Part shown: positions 11,040 through 23,041 of the stretch, in pieces
Layout: each line of letters begins with the position of its first letter
How positions within the stretch are numbered: position 1 is the stretch's first letter
Source: Malacoraja senta
Lineage: Eukaryota
Direction of reading: 5' to 3'
Length of the DNA: 36,919 bases
Assembly (NCBI GenBank): GCA_038087875.1
Contig: JAXLNO010000184.1
Coordinates: 1-36,919, forward strand
Translations under genes and position numbers: made by a program
The notes under the pieces: generated by a model
What the model was told of the DNA's origin: nothing
The model's database searches: none
Seen by the model: only the letters and a program-made list of their open reading frames with translations

Positions 11040-11520
11040 TAGACAATAGACAATAGATGCAAGAGTAGGCCATTTGGCCATTCAACGTGATCATGGCTGA
11101 TCATCCCCAATCAGTACCCCGTTCCTGCCTTCTCCCCTTATCCTCCGCTATCTTTAAGAGCCCTATCTAGCTCTCTCTTGAAAGCATACAGAGAACCGGC
11201 CTCCATCGCCCTCTGAGGCAGAGAATTCCACAGACTCACAACTCTCTGTGAGAAAAAGTGTTTCCTCGTCTCCGTTCTAAATGGCTTACTCCTTATTCTT
11301 AAATGACAGGAGCAGAATGAGGCCATTTGGCCCATCAAGTCTATTCTGCCATTCAATCATGGCCGATCTATCTCTCCTTCCCAACTCCATTCTCCTGCCT
11401 TCTCCCCATAACCCCTGACACCCGCACTAATCAACAATCTATCTATCTCTGCCTTAAAAATATCCACTGACTTGTGGCCTCCACCGCCGTCTGTGTCAAA
11501 GAATCCCACAGATTCACCTC
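11040..11520 (-). mobile_element. Two CR1 3' fragments
   Basis: 'FRTETRKHFFSQRVVSLWNSLPQRA...FKRELDRALKD' and an AATAGACAATAGAC tail. Confidence 0.85.
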
Positions 11521-11541
11521 AGAGGGTGGTAGGGGATTCAA

Positions 11542-11604
11542 TGTGTGTGTGTGTGTGAGCGAGTGTAAGTGTGTGTGTGTGTGTGCGTGCGCGTGTGTCT
11601 GTGT

Positions 11605-11637
<33 letters not shown>

Positions 11638-11705
11638 TGTGTGTCTGTGTGAGTGTGTGTGTGTGTGTGCCTGTGTGTGTGTATGAATGTGTGTGTCTGT
11701 GTGTG

Positions 11706-11756
<51 letters not shown>

Positions 11757-11847
11757 CTGTGTGTGTGAGTGTGTGTGTCTGTGTGTGTTACTGTGTGTGT
11801 GTAGTGTGTGTGTGTGTGTGTGTGTGTGCGTGCGCGTGTGTCTGTGT

Positions 11848-11880
<33 letters not shown>

Positions 11881-11936
11881 TGTGTGAGTGTGTGTGTGTG
11901 TGTGAGTGTGTGTGCCTGTGTGTGTGTTTGTGTGTG

Positions 11937-11988
<52 letters not shown>

Positions 11989-12000
11989 GTGTGTGTGTGT

Positions 12001-12063
<63 letters not shown>

Positions 12064-12078
12064 CGCGTGTGTCTGTGT

Positions 12079-12117
<39 letters not shown>

Positions 12118-12172
12118 TGTGTGAGTGTGTGTGTGTGTGTGAGTGTGTGTGCCTGTGTGTGTGTTTGTGTGT

Positions 12173-12257
<85 letters not shown>

Positions 12258-12263
12258 TGTGTG

Positions 12264-12352
<89 letters not shown>
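11542..12352. repeat. ~810-bp interrupted (GT)n microsatellite
   Basis: Seen directly. The interruption GCGTGCGCGTGTGTCTGTGTCAGT recurs at ~11585, ~11828 and ~12059. Confidence 0.98.
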
Positions 12353-12355
<3 letters not shown>

Positions 12356-12356
<1 letters not shown>

Positions 12357-12672
12357 GTTCAGTTTAGTTTAGTGTAGAGATACAGCGTGAAAACAGGCCC
12401 TTTGGCCCACCGAGTCCGCGCCGACCAGCAATCCCCGCATACTAACACTATCCTACACACACACACACTAGGGGACAATTTACAATTTTACCAGAAGTCA
12501 ATTGGGGATGATCAGCCATGATCACATTGAATGGCGGTGCTGGCTCGAAGGGCCAAATGGCCTAATCCTGCACCTATTGTCTATTGTCAAACTCCGTACA
12601 GACAGCACCCGTGGTCGGGATCGAACCTGGGTCTCTGTCGCTGTGAGGCAGCAGCTCTACCCGCTGCACCAC
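12356..12672 (-). mobile_element. V-SINE (HE1-like) with a CR1 tail fragment (+, ~12504-12587) replacing its middle
   Basis: SINE tail 12356-12503 and head 12588-12672 (B-box GGTTCGATCCC on the minus strand). Confidence 0.8.
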
Positions 12673-12990
12673 ACAGAGGCCCGAGAGCCGTTGGAGAGGT
12701 CGCAGAGGGAGGAGCTACACCCGAGCGGTAGGAGATAAAGAGGAGCGCGGGGCTTGCTTCTACAGAGGCCCGAGAGCCGTTGGAGAGGTCGCAGAGGGAG
12801 GAGCTACACCCGAGCGGTAGGATTTAAAGAGGAGCCAAAATCTGTAACGTTCCAAGTTCCACTTCAAAAACAAGTGGGTTTGAGGAAGCCGCTGATTGGT
12901 GGAAGCAGACAAGAGGGAGCAGCTGATTGGGAGTCAGATTGTTTTGTATTGTAGCAGTTTGTTTTGTATTGTATCCAGGGTAAGGGGAGT

Positions 12991-13917
12991 ATGAGGGCCA
13001 GGGCAGTTTACTCTTCTGGATGTCAGATGTGGGAAGTCATGGAGTCTGATAGCCCTCCAGACGTCCACATCTGCGCCAGGTGTATCGAGATGGGGCTCCT
13101 AATGGACCGTATTAGGAACCTGGAGCAGCAGCTCGATGACCTCCATCTGGTCAGGGAGAGCGAGGAAGTCATTGAGAGGAGTTACAGGGATGTGGTCACT
13201 CCAACACCACAGGAGGCAGGCAAGTGGATCACGGTTGGGAGAGGCAAGGGGCACAGGCAGGGACTAGAGAGTACCCCGGTGGCTGTACACCTTGACAATA
13301 AGTACTCCTGTTTGAGCACTGTTGGGGTGGACAGCCTACCTGGGGGTAGCGACAGCGGCCGGGCCTCCGGTATAGAGACCGGCCCTGTTGCTCAGAAGGG
13401 TAAGGAAAAGAAGAGGGCAATACTAATAGGGGACTCTATAGTTAGGGGGTCAGACAGGCGATTCTGTGGACGCAGTCGGGAGACCCGGATGGTAGTTTGC
13501 CTCCCTGGTGCCTGGGTCTGTGATGTGTCTCAACGTGTCCAAGATATCCTGAAAGGGCAGGGAGAGGAGCCCGAGGTCGTGGTACATATAGGTACCAATC
13601 ACATAGGTAAAAAAAGAGAAGGGGTCCTGAAAGGAGAATTTAGGGAGTTAGGAGGGGAGTTAAGGAGAAGGACAGCAAAGGTAACAATCTCGGGATTACT
13701 GCCTGTGCCACGCGACAGTGAGAGTAGGAATGGAGCGAGGTGGAGGATAAATGCGTGGCTGAAGGACTGGTGCAGAAGGCAGGGATTCAAATTTCTGGAT
13801 CATTGGGACCTCTTTTGTGGAAGGTTCGAACTGTACAAAAAGGATAGGTTGCACTTGAACCTGAGGGGGACCGATATCCTGGCGGGGAGATCTGCAAAGG
13901 CTACTGGGGAGACTTAG
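12991..13917 (+). CDS. CR1 ORF1p: zinc-finger/coiled-coil N-terminus plus SGNH (GDSL) esterase
   Basis: Open frame from ATG 12991. 'CQMWEV...HICARC', 'LIGDSIVRG', 'CLPGA', 'VVHIGTN' and 'DRLHLN' match SGNH blocks I, II, III and V. Confidence 0.9.
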   Translation: MRARAVYSSGCQMWEVMESDSPPDVHICARCIEMGLLMDRIRNLEQQLDDLHLVRESEEVIERSYRDVVTPTPQEAGKWITVGRGKGHRQGLESTPVAVHLDNKYSCLSTVGVDSLPGGSDSGRASGIETGPVAQKGKEKKRAILIGDSIVRGSDRRFCGRSRETRMVVCLPGAWVCDVSQRVQDILKGQGEEPEVVVHIGTNHIGKKREGVLKGEFRELGGELRRRTAKVTISGLLPVPRDSESRNGARWRINAWLKDWCRRQGFKFLDHWDLFCGRFELYKKDRLHLNLRGTDILAGRSAKATGET

Positions 13918-14225
13918 AATGGTTGGGGGGAGGGACTCAAATAGAGAATGCTATTAGACAGTGTGTGAGGCAGGAGGCAGAGAAGGAAAGCACTCAGACC
14001 CAACATGTAGGGGGGAAAGAAGAAAACAATAATAAACAGAGAATAAGAGGTGGTGGGGTTCTTAAATGGGTGAGCAGAGAAACAGAGGGGTGTAAAATGC
14101 GGGCGGAAGCAATAGGTAGCAAGGTGAAAAGTAAAAGTGGCAGGCAGACAAATCCAGGGCAAAAATCATAAAGAGCCACTTTTCAACATAATTGTATAAG
14201 GGGTAAGAGCGTTGTAAAAACAAGC

Positions 14226-17003
14226 CTGAAGCCTTTGTGTCTCAATGCTAGAAGCATTCGTAATAAGGTGGATGAGTTGAACATGCAGATAGTAATTAAT
14301 GATTATGATATAGTTGGGATCACGGAGACATGGCTCCAGGGTGACCAAGGCTGGGAGCTGAACATCCAGGGATATTCAATATTCAGGAGGGATAGAGAGA
14401 AAGGAAAAGGAGGTGGGGTAGCGTTGCTGGTTAGAGAGATTAACGCAGTGGAAAGGAAGGACATTAGCTTGGAGGATGTGGAATCGGTATGGGTAGAAAA
14501 CGCTGGTGGGTGTTGTGTACAGGCCACCTAGCAGTAGTAGTGAAGTTGGGTATGGCATCAAACAGGAAATTAGAAATGCGTGCATCAAAGGCAAAACAGT
14601 TATAATGGGTGACTTCAATCTACATATAGATTGGGTGAATCAAATTGGCAGGGGTGCTGAGAAAGAGGATTTTTTGGAATGTATGCGGGATAGTTATCTA
14701 AACCAACATGTAGAGGAACCAACGAGAGAGCAGGCTATTCTAGACTGGGTATTGAGTAATGAGGAAGGGTTAGTTAGCAGTCTTGTTGTGCGTGCCCCCT
14801 TGGGCAAGAGTGACCATAATATGGTTGAGTTCTTCATTAGGATGGAGAGTGACATTGTTAATTCAGAAACAACGGTTCTGAACTTAAAGAAAGGTAACTT
14901 TGAGGGTATGAGACGTGAATTGGCCAACATTGACTGGCAATTGGTTGTAAAAGGGTTGACGGTGGATATGCAATGGAAGGCATTTAAAGACTGCATGGAT
15001 GAACTACAAAAATTGTTCATCCCAGTTTGGCAAAAGAATAAATCAGGAAGGTAGTGCATCCGTGGATAAGAAGGGAAATCAGGGATAGTATCAAAGCAAA
15101 AGATGATGCGTACAAATTAGCCAGAAAAAGCAGCATACCAGAGGACTGGGAGAAATTCAGAGACCAGCAGAGGAGGACAAAGGGCTTAATTAGGAAAGGG
15201 AAAATAGATTATGAAAGGAAACTGGCAGGGAACATAAAAACTGACTGCAAACGTTTTTATAGATATGTGAAGAGAAAGAGATTAGTTAAAACAAATGTAG
15301 GTCCCTTGCAGTCAGAAACAGGTGAATTGATCATGGGGAACAAGGATATGGCGGACCAATTGAATAACTACTTTGGTTCCGTCTTCACTAAGGAAGACAT
15401 AAATAATCTGCCGGAAATAGCAGGGGGCCGCGGGTCAAAGGAGATGGAGGAACTGAGTGAAATCCAGGTTAGTCGGGAAGTGGTGTTGGGTAAATTGAAT
15501 GGATTAAAGGCCGATAAATCACCAGGGCCAGATAGGCTGCATCCCAGAGTACTTAAGGAAGTAGCTCCAGAAATAGTGGATGCATTAGTGATAATTTTTC
15601 AAAACTCTTTAGATTCTGGAGTAGTTCCTGAGGATTGGAGGGTAGCAAACGTAACCCCACTTTTTAAGAAGGGAGGGAGAGAGAAAACGGGGAATTACAG
15701 ACCAGTTAGTCTAACATCGGTAGTGGGGAAACTGCTAGAGTCAGTTATTAAAGATGGGATAGCAGCACATTTGGAAAGTGGTGAAATCATTGGACAAAGT
15801 CAGCATGGATTTACGAAAGGTAAATCAGATCTGACGAATCTTATAGAATTTTTCGAGGATGTAACTGGTAGAGTGGATAGGGGAGAACCAGTGGATGTGT
15901 TGTATCTGGACTTTCAGAAGGCTTTCGACAAGGTACCACATAAGAGATTAGGATACAAACTTAAATCACACGGTATTGGGGGTTCAGTATTGATGTGGAT
16001 AGAGAACTGGCTGGCAAACAGGAAGCAAAGAGTAGGAGTAAACGGGTCCTTTTCACAATGGCAGGCAGTGACTAGTGGGGTACCGCAAGGCTCAGTGCTG
16101 GGACCCCAGCTATTTACAATTTATATTAATGATCTGGACAAGGGAATTGAAAGCAACATCTCCAAGTTTGCGGATGACACTAAGCTGGGGGGCAGTGTTA
16201 GCTGTGAGGAGGATGCTAGGAGACTGCAAGGTGACTTGGATAGGCTGGGTGAGTGGGCAAATGTTTGGCAGATGCAGTATAATGTGGATAAATGTGAGGT
16301 TATCCACTTTGGTAGCAAAAACGGGAAGGCAGACTATTATCTAAATGGTGGCCGATTAGGAAATGGGGAGATGCAGCGAGACCTGGGTGTCATGGTACAC
16401 CAGTCATTGAAAGTAGGCATGCAGGTGCAGCAGGCAGTGAAGAAAGCGAATGGTATGTTAGCTTTCATAGCAAGAGGATTTGAGTATAGGAGCAGGGAGG
16501 TTCTACTGGTTGTACAGGGTCTTGGTGAGACAACACCTGGAGTATTGCGTACAGTTTTGGTCTCCAAATCTGAGGAAGGACATTATAGCCATAGAGGGAG
16601 TGCAGAGAAGGTTCACCAGACTGATTCCTGGGATGTCAGGACTTTCATATGAAGAAAGACTGGATAGACTTGGCTTATACTCGCTAGAATTTAGGAGATT
16701 GAGAGGGGATCTTATAGAAACGTACAAAATTCTTATGGGGTTGGACAGGCTAGATGCAGGAAGATTGTTCCCGATGTTGGGGAAGTCCAGGACAAGGGTC
16801 ACAGCTTAAGGATAAGGGGGAAATCCTTTAAGACCGAGATGAGGAAAAACTTTTTCACACAGAGAGTGGTGAATCTCTGGAACTCTCTGCCACAGAGGGT
16901 AGTTGAGGCCAGTTCATTGGCTATATTTAAGAGGGAGTTAGATGTGGCCCTTGTGGCTAAGGGGATCAGGGGGTATGGAGAGAAGGCAGGTACGGGATAC
17001 TGA
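14226..17003 (+). pseudogene. CR1 ORF2p (AP endonuclease plus reverse transcriptase), frameshifted
   Basis: 'CLNARSI', 'GITETWL', 'MGDFN', 'SDHN', 'YLDFQKAFDKVPH', 'GVPQGSVLGP', 'FADDTKL'. Frame breaks near 14500, 15052, 16508 and 16797; stop TGA at 17001-17003. Confidence 0.93.
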
Positions 17004-17123
17004 GTTGGATGATCAGCCATGATCATATTGAATGGCGGTGCACGCTCGAAGGGCCGAATGGCCTACTCCTGCACCTATTTTCTATGTTTCTATGTTTCTA
17101 TGTGTTGGCGTGCCGGGGGGGGC

Positions 17124-17255
17124 TCAGATGGAGATTTGGATCACGGGGGTCTTGGGTAACGGCTCCAATCGGTTCCTCTCCTCACCCCGTTGCTGGTATT
17201 CATCTCGTGTGGCCCTCAGAGGAGACAGGAGCACGTGGTCCAGCTGTGGAAACAG
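17124..17255 (-). pseudogene. PDE9A: PDE9-like exon D (LFPQLDHVLLSPL...VIQISI*)
   Basis: Acceptor gactgttacag. Begins LFP as in PDE9A; TGA at 17124-17126; possible internal donor G|GTGAG after 17186. Confidence 0.75.
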
Positions 17256-17348
17256 CTGTAACAGTCCAACATCTGTCAGAGAGGGCGTTTAGGGGCCAGA
17301 GGGGCGGGGAGGGGGTTACAAAGACGGGGGGAGGTGGTGTAGGGTTAC

Positions 17349-17474
17349 CTTGCTCAGAGATTTGACCATTGGGATGAGGACAGAGGTGATGAAGATTTGT
17401 GTGTGTGGTTTTGAAACTCTTGCCCGATCCATCAACGGCGTCACAGGTAAACCTTCTGCCTTCTCTCTGTCACC
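17349..17474 (-). pseudogene. PDE9A: PDE9-like exon C (126 nt, GDREKAEGLPV...KSLSK)
   Basis: Acceptor ctccttgcctctgccgcag and donor AAG|GTAACC. One codon shorter than PDE9A (QIF versus QIGF). Confidence 0.9.
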
Positions 17475-17597
17475 CTGCGGCAGAGGCAAGGAGATGAGGA
17501 TCAGCGCTCCCTCCTCACCGCCTCTCATTCCCTCACCCCCTCCCTCTCTCCTTCCCTCACTCCCTCCCCCCCTCCCTCTCTCCCTCTCCCTCCCTCC

Positions 17598-17773
17598 TGT
17601 TGTATTCGAGGCCTAATTAATTCACAAACGACACTTGGTGTCCAGAACCAGAAGGGTATTTATTACAAGCCAACATGGCCACTGCTAAAGCCCTGCAGTT
17701 CCCACCTGGACCCTCCCTGAGGAAACATTCATTTCGAGACAGAGCCCTCTAGTGGTGACTGCAGGACACAACA
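17598..17773 (-). repeat. 3' LTR
   Basis: 176 bp with TG...CA termini; AATAAA on the minus strand at 17659-17664. Confidence 0.95.
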
Positions 17774-17787
17774 CTTTTTCCCTCCTT
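17774..17787 (-). promoter_or_regulatory. Polypurine tract
   Basis: AAGGAGGGAAAAAG abuts the 3' LTR on the minus strand. Confidence 0.9.
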
Positions 17788-17885
17788 GTAAATGAAGGTG
17801 ATCATTTAAGTCCAGTTATCCACCCAAATATGTCCATATGCAATCAGTCCAAAATAACAGCTCGGTGAACATAACGTTTATGGCT

Positions 17886-20605
17886 TCACAGCTGATAATC
17901 GTGCAGATACTGAGGTCTCCTCTTCTGCCGCTGAGAGGGTCGAGCAGGAATAGACTGCTCTGCTGTCTGCTGACCACAATCACTGTCTTGACTGGATATT
18001 GGGAAAGGAAAAGTGTCCAATTCGTCTTCTTCCTGTCCCTGTCTACTTGCAATGAGACGCCTCGCGTTCCATCTGGTGTCATCTTGGAGGAGGTACACGT
18101 TCTCGCCGAATCTCCGTTTTATCAGTATCGGCTTGGAGAGTGCGCTTGCGAGCTTACGTTGTCTGTTTGGGCAGCTGATTCGTACCGTCGCCGACCTTGA
18201 ACCGCGGCGCTCGTACTCTGCATTTGGCATCACAGTACGCTTTCCCTTTTGCTTGTCTATGTGCTATCATTTCCGCCCTCGCTTTTGTGTCTGGATTTGG
18301 GTGCGATGGTGGTTGAAGAGCATTCAGTTTTGTTCAAAGGTTTCGCCCTATCATCAGCTCTGCTGGCGCTTTCCCAGTCAACGTGTGTGGTGTGGATCTG
18401 TAGGATCGGAGGAGGATTATGGATTGACTGTTTGAACGTTTTCCCCTCCGACATGCTCGCTTTTATGCTTCCCTTGATCACGTGATTGAATCGTTCAACC
18501 CCGCCGTTCGATTGGGGGTTGTATCTCGACGTCCGCTGATGTTGAATGTTATAACTCGCGAGGAAAGTGGAGAATTGTTCAGATATGAACTGAGGGCGTT
18601 TGTCTGTCGTTATGACCTCCGGCAGTCCCCACTTAGTGAACAGCATTTCGAGAATCGCGATGGTCGAGCTTGTCGTGACTGAGGAAGTAGTTGCGATCTC
18701 AGGCCACTTGCTGTGGAGATCGTGTACAACAAGTAGAAACCCTGGCTTCTTGGCGCAGCTTGCACCTCTCCGGAGATGTCGACTTGCAAGTGCCTCCATG
18801 GTTTGTCCGTACATGGGATTGGCTGAAGAGTGGCAGGACATGGCCTTGTTGCTTTCTCGCTAATTGTGTATGCTTCACAATTTTTTACGAAATCTTCTAC
18901 GCGACGATCTATTGCTGGCCACCACACTGCCTCGCGACACCGTTGTTTCATCTTAACAATGCCCGGGTGTCCTTCGTGTGCCAGTTGTAACACGCGGTGT
19001 TGCAGTGATTTGGGTATAACCACTCGAGTTCCGCGCGTGACACATGTATCGTCAACCACAGCCAGTTCGTGGCGTACCCGGTGGTACGGAACCAAGTCCT
19101 CTGCTATCTCCTTGGGCCAGTCTGTCCTGGCAGACGATTTGCAGTGTGCCGTCAGCTGTCGACTCTGCTTTCAGCTCTCCCCGCGTCATTAGATTCGCCA
19201 TCGCGTGCGAAATCACTGCAAGAACGGGTTCGTCGATGTCACTTGAAGCGTCGTTATCGCGTGTGTGTGCTTGGGGGTGCCACCGTTGGGACTCGACTGA
19301 GCAAGTCTGCGATGCGATTGCGTGAACCTGCGAGGTATTCTACTTTGAAGTTGTACTGGTGAAGGCGATCGGACCATCTGTAGATCCTGAGCGGACGGTG
19401 TCCTGAGCCTGACATGTCCAGCAACGTAGATAGCGCTTGGTGATCTGTACGGAGAGTGAATGGTCTCCCGTATAGGTATACGTGCCAGTGTTCACACGCG
19501 TAGATGCACGCTAATGCTTCGCGTTCCCCGGTGGAGTACTTGCGTTCGGTTGCAGTCAACGGACGGGACACGAATGCGATCGGTCGTTTGCTTCCGTCGA
19601 TACCCTGCGAGAACGCTGCTCCGATCGCTATACCGGAAGCATCTGTTGTGACGTACGTTTAAGCACTTGGGTCGAAGAGCGCGAGAACAGGCGGAGATGC
19701 TATTTTGTATTTCAGCGTGTTGAACGCGAAGTCCTGCTCATCCGTCCATTCCCACTGTGTGTCTTTCCGTAGCAGCTTCTGTAGCGGTTCTGCGATCTGC
19801 GCGTACTGCAGTACAAACTTGCAGTTGAAGTTGGTGGTGCCCAGAAATGATGCTAGCTCTTTCACGTTAGTTGGGGCGGGAGCACGTTGATGGCTTGGAC
19901 ATTGTCCTGAGTTGGCTCAACTCCAGTCGCTGTCACTCTGTACCCGGGAATGTCAATCTCGGAGGCTGTAAATGTGCACTTTGCTGCGTTGAGTGTCAAG
20001 TTGAGTTGCGTGAGACGAGCTAACACTGCATGCAGTCGTCGATCGTGTTCCTCCTTGTCCCTTCCATGGACGACATCATCGAGGAGATTGAGTGCTCCGT
20101 CAATGCCTGCCAGAACCGACGCCACGATTTTTTGAAATGCGCTAGGCGCTGAGCACAGTCCATACGGCATCCTACGGTACTGAAATACTCCTTCACGTGT
20201 AATGAATGCTGACAAATGCGAGAACCAGGAAGGGTACTCATGCCCATACTCCGCGTCGCTGATCACATTGATGTTCATGCAGGTTGAGTCCTGAAGCTTG
20301 AACCCTTGTTGATCAAACAAATTGACTCCCATCAGACTCTTTCCTTCTGCGACGTAGAATGTGAAGCTATCGAGCTTAACTGCTTTGTAGCAGACAGGAA
20401 CGATCACTAACCCTCTCGTGGGTATGGTTGAACCATCATAAGCATGAAGAGTGTCCCTCGGGGGAGCAAGTGGGTAGTCCGAAAAGGACCTTTTGCAGAG
20501 GTCGACGCTCAAAATAGAAACCTTTGCCCCCACATCTATGAGAAGCGATACCGAGGTCCCAGCGATCTCGACCCTGCACTTTGAAAGCCCCTGTTGACCG
20601 AACAT
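17886..20605 (-). pseudogene. Gypsy pol (protease, RT, RNase H, integrase) with frameshifts and deletions
   Basis: 'LLIDVGAKVSIL', 'YRRMPYGLCSAPSAFQK...LLDD', 'ERKYSTGEREALAC...LRTDHQAL', 'HEGHPGIVKMK...WWP', 'DLHSKWPE...ITTD...PQSNGGVERFN'. Confidence 0.92.
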
Positions 20606-21359
20606 CCTGGTCAGCCCTGTCCTTTATGGAGTATACGTCGTGTCCACCCGGAGATTCATCGTCTACATGGCGGACAGATGACGCCACCTCCTTCGATAAC
20701 CGGCATACTTTCTCGAAGTGATTCAGCTTTGAACACGCGTTGCATCGTTCACCGTCCACAATTCGGACACTGCTTGTTTGAGCGATTGTGTTTAGATTGC
20801 CTCTGAATGCCCTGCACTGGTGCTGTGTTCATCTGATGGGATGCATGACAAAATGCTCCCTCAGCGCATGCCATCGGCTGTTGTTTGAGCACCCCGGCAT
20901 TATGCATCGCACTTTCAATTTGCACAGCTAACGCTTGTGCCTTTTCGAGTGTGAGAGCATCATTCTCCATGAGAAGGTGCTCTCTAATCCACGGGACAGA
21001 ATCTTTTCGATCAGCTGGTCTCTCACCAGCTCATCAGTCAGTGCTCCAAAATTGCACTTTGCAGCCAGTTCTATCAATGCAGAAGCAAATTGCTTCAGTG
21101 GTTCGCCTTGTCCCTGTGACCGTTGGTGAAACCGGTATCTCTCTATCACACACTTGTCCTTGGGCCAAAATAATTGCCCAGTGCATTAACTGCAGTACTG
21201 TACTCACTCGTTGCAGCACTGTCGAGCTGCGCGAAGATTCACTGTCCCTCCGTTCCGAGGCAATGCAGCAGAATCGCTCGGCGACGAATGTCCGAAATGC
21301 CCGTGCCGTCCAGGCCACTTGCGATCAAGTAAGTCTTGAAACTTCCATACCAGCGTATA

Positions 21360-22975
21360 CAGTGGCTTGCAAAAGTATTCATACCCCTTGAACTTTTCCA
21401 CATTTTGTCACGTTACAACCACAAACGTAAATGTATTTTATTGGGATTTTATGTGATAGACCAACACAAAGTGGCGCATAATTGTGAAGTGGAAGGAAAA
21501 TGATACATGGTTTTCAAATTTTTTTACAAATAAAAAACTGAAAAGTGTGGCGGACAAAAGTATTCAGCCCCCTTTACTCTGATACCCCTAAATAAAATCC
21601 AGTGCAACCAATTGCCTTCAGAAGTCACCTAATTAGTAAATAGAGTCCACTTGTGTGTAATCTAATCTCAGTATAAATACAGCTGTTCTGTGAAGGCCTC
21701 GGAGGTTTGTTAGAGAACATTAGTGAACAAATAGCATCATGAAGCCCAAGGAACACACCAGACAGGTCAGGGATAAAGTTGTGGAGAAGTTTAAAGCAGG
21801 GTTAGGTTATAAAAAAATATCCCAAGCTTTGAACATCTCACGGAGCACTGTTCAAACCATCATCCGAAAATGGAAAGAGTATGGCACAACTGCAAACCTA
21901 TCAAGACATGGCCGTCCACCTAAACTGACAGGCCGGGCAAGGAGAGCATTGATCAGAGAAGCAGCCAAGAGGCCCATGGTAACTCTGGAGGAGCTGCAGA
22001 GATCCATAGCTCAGGTGGGAGAATCTGTCCACAGGACAACTATTAGCCATGCACTCCACAAATCGGGCCTTTATGGAAGAGTGGCAAGAAGAAAGCCATT
22101 GTTGAAAAAAAGCCATAAGAAGTCCTGTTTGCAGTTTGCCACAAGCCATGTGGGGGACACAGCAAACATGTGGAGGAAGGTGCTCTGGTCAGATGAGACC
22201 AAAATTGAAGTTTTTGGCCTAAATGCAAAACGCTATGTGTGGCGGAAAACTAACACTGCACATCACCCTGAACACACCATCCCCACTGTGAAACATGGTG
22301 GTGGCAGCATCATGCTGTGGGATGCTTTTCTTCAGCAGGGACAGGGAAGCTGGTCAGAGTTGATGGGAAGATGGATGGAGCCAAATACAGGGCAATCTTC
22401 GAAGAAAACCTGTTAGAGTCTGCAAAAGACTTGAGACTGGGGCGGAGGTTCACCTGCCAGCAGGACAACGACCCTAAACATACAGCCAGAGCTACAATGG
22501 AATGGTTTAGATCAAAGCATATTCATGTGTTAGAATGGCCCAGTCAAAGTCCAGACCTAAATCCAATTGAGAATCTCTGGCAAGACTTGAAAATTGCTGT
22601 TCACAGACGCTCTCCATCCAATCTGACTGAGCTTGAGCTATTTTGCAAAGAAGAATGGGCAAAAATGTCAGTCTCTAGATGTGCAAAGCTGGTAGAGACG
22701 TACCCCAAAAGACTTGCAGCTGTAATTGCAGCGAAAGGTGGTTCTACAAAGTATTGACTCAGGGGGGCTGAATACTTTTGCACGCCACACTTTTCAGTTT
22801 TTTATTTGTAAAAAAATTTGAAAACCATGTATCATTTTCCTTCCACTTCATAATTATGCACCACTTTGTGTTGGTCTATCACATAAAATCCCAATAAAAT
22901 ACATTTACGTTTGTGGTTGTAACGTGACAAAATGTGGAACAGTTCAAGGGGTATGAATACTTTTGCAAGCCACTG
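21360..22975 (+). mobile_element. Tc1/mariner DD34E transposon, IR/DR type (Passport-like), 1616 bp
   Basis: TA|CAGTGGCTTGCAAAAG...CTTTTGCAAGCCACTG|TA. ~213-bp TIRs (21360-21572 and 22763-22975) with a CAAAAGTATTCA repeat at both ends of each TIR. Confidence 0.97.
21739..22757 (+). CDS. Tc1 transposase (339 aa if the single -1 frameshift at ~22320 is repaired)
   Basis: Paired-like HTH, 'GRPPK', 'WSDETK', '[14 protein letters not shown]' and 'QQDNDPKH-(34)-NPIENLW'. One G is missing in TGG GGA TGC. Confidence 0.93.
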
Positions 22976-23041
22976 TACATGGTACAGGAGGCTCTCCTAG
23001 AGTTTCCAAGAATGGAGATGGGGCAGCGAGGGTTAAACCAG

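Larger units (their letters stand above)
12673..17103 (+). mobile_element. Near full-length CR1-clade LINE
   Basis: 5' tandem repeats, esterase ORF1, APE-RT ORF2 and a 3' UTR ending (TTCTATGT)3. Confidence 0.95.

Noticed and set aside
11474..12377. Long Cys/Val-rich ORFs
   Set aside because: They are translations of the (GT)n microsatellite.
12964..13917. Host lipase/esterase gene
   Set aside because: It is intronless and directly upstream of an APE-RT ORF, so it is LINE ORF1.
17104..17116. CGTGCC after the CR1 tail as the missing 5' end of the SINE at 12672
   Set aside because: The match is only 6-7 bp with an intervening GTTGG and no TSD, which is not distinguishable from chance.
17816..18435. 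Extra ORFs before the 3' LTR as an env-like gene
   Set aside because: They are antisense or alternative frames of the integrase C-terminus. Pol ends ~110 bp before the LTR, leaving no room for env.
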